Below, piece by piece: positions 19,808-26,008 of a stretch of 31,494 bases of DNA. The notes beneath the pieces were generated by a model that saw only the letters and a program-made list of their open reading frames with translations, did not search any database and had not been told where the DNA came from. A program made the position numbers and the translations under genes. The number at the start of each line of letters is the position of its first letter. Position 1 is the stretch's first letter. The DNA lies in the IMG/VR virus record IMGVR_UViG_3300033406_000032, positions 1 through 31,494 of that record. One strand, given 5' to 3'. Source of the DNA: a virus (lineage: Duplodnaviria > Caudoviricetes).

Positions 19808-19838
19808 ACATAAGAAAACCGCCCTGCGCAAGGCGGTT
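19808..19838 (-). terminator. Intrinsic terminator after the MuF toxin-immunity pair
   Basis: AACCGCC...GGCGGTT stem then TTCTTATGT. Confidence 0.8.
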
Positions 19839-19867
19839 AGTTCAGGATATCGCTTATCGGGCTAAAT

Positions 19868-20053
19868 TCAGTTTTTTGGGCAATGCCAAATTACTTCTTT
19901 AACCTCGTCTTCCTTTACAACTGGATCATCAAGCATTTCGCCATCTTCATTAGCAATTTCGATCATGAAAGTTTTGGAATGGTCAAAAACTTCCAAAACA
20001 GTTCCTTCTCTTCCATCTTTCAGCTTAACCACATCAAGTTCTGAAATAATCAT
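19868..20053 (-). CDS. Putative immunity protein (DUF4926-like)
   Basis: 61 aa, acidic; ELDVVKLKDGREGTVLEVF...F.IE motif; ATGA overlap with the MuF stop. Confidence 0.7.
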   Translation of the reverse strand: MIISELDVVKLKDGREGTVLEVFDHSKTFMIEIANEDGEMLDDPVVKEDEVKEVIWHCPKN

Positions 20054-21579
20054 TGTTTTTGACCCCCTTTCTTAACATAGGCACTCGTTAACCTTGTCTT
20101 TCCTTTTTCTACTATCCACGAAGTCCTAACATTGGCGGTCTTCCCGTTTGGTCCTGTTAAAACCATGTCTGCAAAGTACAAACTTCCAAAATCGTTTTCC
20201 CCACGATATTCAATTTTACTTTTTGGAAGTTCTTGCAAAATCGCTTGCTGTAAAATCTCGGCTTTTTCTTTAGTATATCCGAGTGCTCTTTCAAATGCAA
20301 TTGCTTTGTTTACGCCTTTAGCATGCCCTTTATCAAGTACATAGCTCTCTAATTTTTCGATAGGAATCTTCGCCGCTGAAGTATCAAAAGAATCCTTACC
20401 AGACGAGGCGCTTCCCCCTCCGAAGTCTTCCCCTTTAAACCGGCTTAACGGGTTTTCATGCCCTTGCCAGTTTCGAAGATACGCTGACCAGCTATCTGCA
20501 CCTTGCTTCACTCCTTCGACCCCCAGTAGCAGCTGCTGCTGATCAGCGTCAAGCCCTGCAATATATTCAGTAACGGCCTCCGGCTTAAACCTGGTTTTCT
20601 TTTTTCCTTCCAACTCGGAAGCATACACCGGAACAATCAGACACATGCAGTGCGGGTGAGCAGGGAACTTGGGAAAGCTCGTCTTTGGGTATACGCCTTT
20701 CCCCAACCCGTAGGCGTCAACACTGGCGTTTACGTCGCAAATATCAAAAACAGGATGACGAGAATTAAGCTTCCACCTATACGCAATGACATTGGCATCG
20801 TTCTGATACTTGGCAAAAAATCCATCTCCCCACGCCCGCGCCATTTCTGTTCGTGCAATACGATCTGCAATGTAGCGGGCTTTTTCTTCCACGGCTACCA
20901 TCACCGCCTTGTCTATTGCCCGCGCATTAAGGTCTTTGGTTGCATCAAACACATTTTTAAAGGCCTGTTTCATGTTGCCGGTAGGTGCGCCGCTGCCAGA
21001 AAGATTTCCTATTTGCTTTTCAGCAGCCCTTATTACTGTTTCATATTTTGCAAAGGCCGCTTTGTCACCGGAAAGCACTTTTTTAGCCTGCTTAACCAAA
21101 TCGGTAAGGTATTGGGGTAGCTCTGACGGGTCCGTGATCTTCCCGTACCCGTAGCCGTCATAAATACCCCGCGCGGCCTTAATCCACGCATCACCCTGCC
21201 GCATGGACGCCTGCAATACATCTGTAATCGCTTGCCTTATGTCAGCCCGGCGAACATGGAGCCTTTGGGATAGGTTCATCCCATCGGGAGCCCAGGCGTC
21301 CAGTTGTATAGATTCTTGCAGGGACGTGGCCGAATATTTCTCTCTGGATGATACACCATAGCCAAGAGCCGCTGCAGTGATAGCGCTTTCAACCAAAGCT
21401 TCTTCATATTTTGGCAATAATCCAGATTCAGAGAGGCCTTTGTTTATCGCTTTCTCTGCACTGAATCCCTGCGCAACATACTTTTGAATCAACGCTACCG
21501 CAGGCCCGGCCAATGTCTTATATTTCCGCTGAAACATGGCCAGAAGCAAAAGAAGCTCTTCTTCCCTGCTGCTACTCAT
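20050..21579 (-). CDS. MuF (SPP1 gp7-like) minor head protein with C-terminal putative toxin domain (DUF6883-like)
   Basis: RIARTE.ARA, CD and P.HP.C.C MuF motifs; GS linker; C-terminal ~105 aa with KL..Y.L...H..G..KA..F..ALGY and GPNGKTA.V.T.WI. Confidence 0.88.
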   Translation of the reverse strand: MSSSREEELLLLLAMFQRKYKTLAGPAVALIQKYVAQGFSAEKAINKGLSESGLLPKYEEALVESAITAAALGYGVSSREKYSATSLQESIQLDAWAPDGMNLSQRLHVRRADIRQAITDVLQASMRQGDAWIKAARGIYDGYGYGKITDPSELPQYLTDLVKQAKKVLSGDKAAFAKYETVIRAAEKQIGNLSGSGAPTGNMKQAFKNVFDATKDLNARAIDKAVMVAVEEKARYIADRIARTEMARAWGDGFFAKYQNDANVIAYRWKLNSRHPVFDICDVNASVDAYGLGKGVYPKTSFPKFPAHPHCMCLIVPVYASELEGKKKTRFKPEAVTEYIAGLDADQQQLLLGVEGVKQGADSWSAYLRNWQGHENPLSRFKGEDFGGGSASSGKDSFDTSAAKIPIEKLESYVLDKGHAKGVNKAIAFERALGYTKEKAEILQQAILQELPKSKIEYRGENDFGSLYFADMVLTGPNGKTANVRTSWIVEKGKTRLTSAYVKKGGQKQ

Positions 21580-21695
21580 TTAAGCTGTTCATCCAGTGGC
21601 GCAACGGGCAAGCCCTTTTGCACGGCGCTGTTGACAATAATTTTAAGCGCCCACATTAGCAGGCGCTTTTTCATCTTTCGGTATCGTTTTATCAT
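21576..21695 (-). CDS. Small 39-aa basic/hydrophobic protein (not in ORF track)
   Basis: RBS AGAGGTG before ATG 21695; MIKRYRKMKKRLLMWALKIIVNSAVQKGLPVAPLDEQLK; stop overlaps the MuF start (ATGA). Confidence 0.55.
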   Translation of the reverse strand: MIKRYRKMKKRLLMWALKIIVNSAVQKGLPVAPLDEQLK

Positions 21696-23274
21696 TTTGC
21701 ACCTCTTTTGCCTGGGCAGCCGCCTCTGCTGCCGCCTGATCCGCAGCCAACTGTTTTTCTGCAGCTACGCCGATAATGGTGGATTGCGCTTCTAATAGCT
21801 TCTTAGCCGCGTCTTCCGTCATACCGTAGAAAGACTGCATAAGCTGCGCCGCCGCTTCCGGTGATACCTTTTCAGCCGCTACAGCTTCCAACAAGGTCAC
21901 AATAGCAGACATTGGGTCATTATCCTGGCTATAGGCTTCGTTCTGAGCCGTTTTTTCAAGGTCGGCAATTACCAAATCGAAGTCTTTTTCCTTAATCGTG
22001 TTCAGGAAAACTTTCACCGCTTTTTTCTTGACTTCGAGATTGAACCGGCCCCCGATTTTCAGATCGAGCGCTTTTGTCACTTCATCCAAAGCGGCGGCAA
22101 TGTCGATAATCCCAAAGTCGTTGGGGTATTCGCTTATATACCCTACTTTAGCGCTGGCCCAAAGCTCATAAAGCTCTACAATAGCTTTTTCCGTTGATTC
22201 AATATTGTGCGCGAAATCGGACAAGGTTTGATTTGAGCTTTCAAAATCCCACTGTTTCGCCTTGCCGGAAGCCTTTGTCTCTACGCCGGTCACGTGGGAC
22301 TGCTGCGCCATTCGGTATATTTCGCCGATCAACCTGTCCAGATAGCTCTGCAGCTGTTCAAGCGGCATAGCGTCCGGAGTAGCAAAACCTGGCGCATTGC
22401 TGCAGGTTCCGTCATAGCCTACAACATTTTCCGTTCCTACCAACATTTCTTTAATGGTTTCTTTGCTTGAATTTGCCCCCATGGGGTAAGTAAAGATTGA
22501 AAAGGCTTGCTTGGTGATTAGCTCGTCGATCTCGCTACACAAATTGAATATCCGGGCGTTTGTCTTTGCTATGCCCCAAAATTCCGAGAGAGGCTTAATC
22601 TTCCCGGGTTTTGCTTTAGCCCCTAGTAGCGGAATAACCGGCACGCGCTTTAGATTATGCGTCCCTTCTTTATTCCCGGTTTCTCCCGCCGCGCTGCATT
22701 TCCAGGTGGTAGCCGTCCATGTCCAGACTTCTTTTTGATCTCCGCCGCTGCCCGAGCCGTCACCGGCCACGCTGTAAGTGATTTCCGTTAGCACACCGGC
22801 TTTGTTTACTTTAAAATCCGTCACGTCCTGCGGGAGTACCACATAGGCATAAGGACAAGCCCGCGCCGCTATCGCATCGGCCATTGTTGTCGGCTGATCC
22901 TTTACGTTATCTACTACAACAAGGGCGCTTCCGTAAAGCTTCGCCTCCGCTGCCGTGCTTTTCATGAACTTGGGCAGCGTTGTGCCTACTGTGTCGATAT
23001 TGTTAAAGAACAACGAAAAGAGCTTATCTGTCTCTTCTTTTCGGCCATCCCAGTCCCGCACGGCTTCTGTACGAAAAATCGGGTTAACGTGACTATCTAC
23101 CACCGGCTTCACATAGTTGAGATAGTAGCTGAGCTTTTGGCGAACCTCATAGTTTGCCATTGTCTCCCTGGGCCGTTTGACTATGTATCTACCATCTTTA
23201 AAGCCGCCGGTTGCATTATACGCATCAAATAAAAACGCATAATCGGGCTGTATCAGTGTATCTATAATGTTCAA
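21643..23274 (-). CDS. Portal protein
   Basis: Follows TerL; YYLNY.K..VD, HNL.RVPV and SG.AK.WDF motifs; start moved to TTG 23274 behind AGGAGG. Confidence 0.9.
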   Translation of the reverse strand: MNIIDTLIQPDYAFLFDAYNATGGFKDGRYIVKRPRETMANYEVRQKLSYYLNYVKPVVDSHVNPIFRTEAVRDWDGRKEETDKLFSLFFNNIDTVGTTLPKFMKSTAAEAKLYGSALVVVDNVKDQPTTMADAIAARACPYAYVVLPQDVTDFKVNKAGVLTEITYSVAGDGSGSGGDQKEVWTWTATTWKCSAAGETGNKEGTHNLKRVPVIPLLGAKAKPGKIKPLSEFWGIAKTNARIFNLCSEIDELITKQAFSIFTYPMGANSSKETIKEMLVGTENVVGYDGTCSNAPGFATPDAMPLEQLQSYLDRLIGEIYRMAQQSHVTGVETKASGKAKQWDFESSNQTLSDFAHNIESTEKAIVELYELWASAKVGYISEYPNDFGIIDIAAALDEVTKALDLKIGGRFNLEVKKKAVKVFLNTIKEKDFDLVIADLEKTAQNEAYSQDNDPMSAIVTLLEAVAAEKVSPEAAAQLMQSFYGMTEDAAKKLLEAQSTIIGVAAEKQLAADQAAAEAAAQAKEVQNDKTIPKDEKAPANVGA

Positions 23275-23284
23275 AGCGTTCCTC

Positions 23285-24685
23285 CTATATCTGCAAAGTG
23301 AAGAAAGTTTCCGGGGGCCTCCACATGGCAAGGCCCAGCGCGTCCGCCATATCCGGAGAACGATTGAGCCGCTTTTTCATTTCTTCTTTTTTCTCCAGCT
23401 CAATTTCACCGTCAGAGTTTAGCCGGTATTTGCGGTTGGAAAGCTCCACGATTTGCCGCTCGTTGGGGAACAGCTGCAGCGTTTCATTACGCAACCCCTC
23501 CCGCACCGCGCCCCACATCAGGCCGGTGTTGTTGGACATGCGCACCGGGTCTTTTGCATCGACCTTGCCGCCAGCGCCGCCAAAATGACATTCGTGCAGC
23601 GTCACATGATCCCAGTCTTTACGCCCTCGCTTGATCTCAGCCAGGCGATCATAGACGCCAACGCCCAGGCCGTCACAGTCAACGCGCACTGATTGAGGCA
23701 CACGCACTGAATACTCCGCGGTATATCGATCAACCATTTGCACTGCGCGCCCGGTTATCTCCATCGTGTCATTGTGGTTATATATTTCGGGCTCTTGCTG
23801 CTGCCGTCTATCGAAGACAGGACACAATACGCTTTGATCATCACCGAATCGGGCAACGTCAATTCCTATGTCAATGATGCTTGGAGTGATGACTACATAA
23901 GCTCCCTCACTTGCACGCCGCGCCCATACAGCCGCAATAAAGCTATCCGGTAAGGCATTGGGGAACTCGCCGGCAACACGAACCCGGAACACGTCACTGT
24001 CCAGGCCGTACATGTCGATGATCATCTTTACAAAAGCAGCATCCACCCGGCTGCTGTTTCGTCCATCGACATGAAACGTGCTGTATACATCGCGTTTACT
24101 GTTGTGGCTGTCAAAAAACCAACCGGTGAGTTGCGTCGGGTTACCGCAAGCCAACAGCTTTGCATCTTTGGTTGATAGTGCGCCTAGTACCGGCTCAAAT
24201 ACGACGTCTCTTATGCCGCTGGCTTCATCCAAGATATATAAAACATGGTCCGCATGGAACCCTTGCAGGGCGTCCGGCTGCGTGGCAGTTCGGGGAACTG
24301 CAAACCATTCCTCACGATGCGCCTTGTGGTAGAAGCGTTCATCTGTCCACTGAAACAGCATGCCGTCAGCTGATTGCCGATTCCATTTGTTCAGTTCGGC
24401 CCAAAGAATATCGTGCAGTTGGTGCTGGGTGGGTGCCGTACAGGGTACTTTGGGGAACGGTCGGGAGTACATGAACCATTTCACGCACCAGGATTCAAGG
24501 GCGCTTTTGCCAATGCCATGACCGCTACGAACCGAGGTAAGCGCCTTACCCATGCAACTCTCTAATATTGGCGCCTGGTTATCGTCAGGCGTGGCACCTA
24601 TAACCTCTTTGACGTATTCCAAAATATGATCTGCATAATACAGAATCGCTCTTGGCTGCAGAAGAATCGGTTCGACAGTTATCAT
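23285..24685 (-). CDS. terL: Terminase large subunit
   Basis: Walker A SGHGIGKS, Walker B YILDEASG, GNPT coupling motif, nuclease motifs GIDVARFGDD and SPD.ADAL. Confidence 0.97.
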   Translation of the reverse strand: MITVEPILLQPRAILYYADHILEYVKEVIGATPDDNQAPILESCMGKALTSVRSGHGIGKSALESWCVKWFMYSRPFPKVPCTAPTQHQLHDILWAELNKWNRQSADGMLFQWTDERFYHKAHREEWFAVPRTATQPDALQGFHADHVLYILDEASGIRDVVFEPVLGALSTKDAKLLACGNPTQLTGWFFDSHNSKRDVYSTFHVDGRNSSRVDAAFVKMIIDMYGLDSDVFRVRVAGEFPNALPDSFIAAVWARRASEGAYVVITPSIIDIGIDVARFGDDQSVLCPVFDRRQQQEPEIYNHNDTMEITGRAVQMVDRYTAEYSVRVPQSVRVDCDGLGVGVYDRLAEIKRGRKDWDHVTLHECHFGGAGGKVDAKDPVRMSNNTGLMWGAVREGLRNETLQLFPNERQIVELSNRKYRLNSDGEIELEKKEEMKKRLNRSPDMADALGLAMWRPPETFFTLQI

Positions 24686-25515
24686 CGATTATCCCACGCT
24701 TCCTGCACTCGTTTGGCATGATCTTCCGCGCCGGAGTTCGCCCCTTCCTTGGCGGCTACTTCCAAGGTGTGTTTCAGCGCCAAGAGCCGCGACTTTTTGT
24801 CCTGAATACGGGTTAGAGCTTCTTCTATACGCAAAATGTCATCGATTTGTCGGCGTTCCGTTTCCTCGATCGAGGTCACAACCATTTTCGGCGTAGAAAC
24901 AAGTACGGTTTGGCTTTTATCACTAAAAGGATCTTTGACCATCACAGGTTCTTTTGTCATCAACCGCTCCTGGAACACTTTGCGCTGCTTCTCGCTCAGG
25001 CCTTCCATTACATCCTGAATACGCTTCATCATCCGGCGTTCCCTGATGGTGATCAGCTGGATCTCTTCCTCCACCTGCGCCAACTTATCAGTGTTGATCT
25101 GAGAGCATAGCGTCCGCTCTTCACCGCTGAGACAGTCCATCCAGATGGTTTCATATGCGCCCGTAACAACTGCTTTCTTGTTCCCCGGTGGTCCCCCTGA
25201 ACCGCCTTTATTGCCGACTGCATTTTTGTTGCCTTTGGGAGCTCCATGTCCGACGGCGTTCTTGTTGCCAATCTTACCGCTTTGTTTTGGAGCGTTTTGT
25301 TTTGGAGCGCTCCCTTTGGAGTTTTGGAGCGCTCCCTTATTTGAATGGGAGCGCTCCTTTATTTTTTCTTCCCACTTGTCGACCGTTTTCCACTTACGAA
25401 TGCGTGAATCCGGTACCCCAAGTTGAGTGGCAATGTCTTTAAGTTTTGCGCTGCCGCCGCTGTCGGCCCAAAGGTTGAACGCCGCATCTCGTTTTTCTTC
25501 TCGCGGTCTCGCCAT
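24682..25515 (-). CDS. terS: Terminase small subunit (N-terminal HTH)
   Basis: LKDIA.QLGV....IRKWK..DKW HTH, GAPKGNKNA.G Gly/Lys-rich segment, directly upstream of terL with ATGA overlap. Confidence 0.92.
   Translation of the reverse strand: MARPREEKRDAAFNLWADSGGSAKLKDIATQLGVPDSRIRKWKTVDKWEEKIKERSHSNKGALQNSKGSAPKQNAPKQSGKIGNKNAVGHGAPKGNKNAVGNKGGSGGPPGNKKAVVTGAYETIWMDCLSGEERTLCSQINTDKLAQVEEEIQLITIRERRMMKRIQDVMEGLSEKQRKVFQERLMTKEPVMVKDPFSDKSQTVLVSTPKMVVTSIEETERRQIDDILRIEEALTRIQDKKSRLLALKHTLEVAAKEGANSGAEDHAKRVQEAWDNR
25304..25357. repeat. Three copies of palindrome GGAGCGCTCC at exact 22-bp spacing within terS (candidate pac/TerS-binding site)
   Basis: Copies start at 25304, 25326 and 25348; partial copy TTTTGGAGCG near 25285. 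Confidence 0.7.
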
Positions 25516-25536
25516 ATCACATATCACCCACCTCCG

Positions 25537-25785
25537 CTACAAGTCATCTTTTTGTAAGGCAATATCAAGTTCAATCAGTTTCTTCAGATCATCTACGGTC
25601 TTGACCTCGACCGTGCCTTTCTGAAAGTCTTTTACCCATTGGGAAATACCCGCTTTGACAATCTTGCGGTACTGAGCCTTGGACTCATTGATGCCCTCGG
25701 CAATCACGGCTTCATGTTGCAATACAATTTGTTTCAACAATTCTTTCGAACATTTGTTCGCTTTTTCTATTGTCGACACCCCCAT
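25537..25785 (-). CDS. Small helical hypothetical protein upstream of terS
   Basis: 82-aa ORF; no RBS before ATG 25785, while GGGGGTG lies 6 nt before an in-frame ATA at 25770, so the start is uncertain. Confidence 0.75.
   Translation of the reverse strand: MGVSTIEKANKCSKELLKQIVLQHEAVIAEGINESKAQYRKIVKAGISQWVKDFQKGTVEVKTVDDLKKLIELDIALQKDDL
25747..25760. promoter_or_regulatory. LexA/DinR operator (Gram-positive SOS box)
   Basis: CGAACAAATGTTCG on the minus strand matches consensus CGAAC-RNRY-GTTCG. Confidence 0.75.
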
Positions 25786-25798
25786 TGTTGGTTAAAAT
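25770..25798 (+). promoter_or_regulatory. Sigma-A-type promoter for the candidate sRNA
   Basis: TTGTCG (25770-75), 17-bp spacer, TAAAAT (25793-98). Confidence 0.65.
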
Positions 25799-25804
25799 AG
25801 TATT

Positions 25805-25916
25805 GAGCTAGTAGTCTTACTCAAACCGTGGCCACGGCCTGTTCTACTATCTCGCCGCCGGGGGTGCCCGGAAAGAAGAAGGCGATGGATGTTTGCTGCA
25901 TCCGTCGCCTTTCTTT
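25805..25916 (+). ncRNA. Candidate structured small RNA (~110 nt), antisense to the late operon
   Basis: Stem 25805-14/25844-53 enclosing palindrome CCGTGGCCACGG; hairpin CCGGG-ggtg-CCCGG; 13-bp terminator; no ORF; 5' end falls 7 nt after the -10 box. Confidence 0.6.
25872..25916. terminator. Probably bidirectional intrinsic terminator
   Basis: AAGGCGATGGATG / CATCCGTCGCCTT stem flanked by AAAGAAG and TCTTT. Confidence 0.75.
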
Positions 25917-26008
25917 GGTTATATAAAATTTCGAGTCATCGTTACCATTTAAAGGAATTTTAATCTTGCCGTTGAAGAATTAGGAATGACGTTCAGGAGG
26001 ATTGCAGC

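Noticed and set aside
10961-19865. Many plus-strand ORFs of 60-180 aa opposite TMP, capsid and scaffold genes
   Set aside because: Antisense shadows of well-supported genes with no RBS or recognisable motifs
23275-23331. N-terminal extension of the portal ORF
   Set aside because: Overlaps terL; AGGAGG supports TTG 23274
25805-25871. Assignment of the structured RNA to tRNA, a known riboswitch or a self-cleaving ribozyme
   Set aside because: No cloverleaf or T-loop, and no catalytic or aptamer consensus I could match by eye
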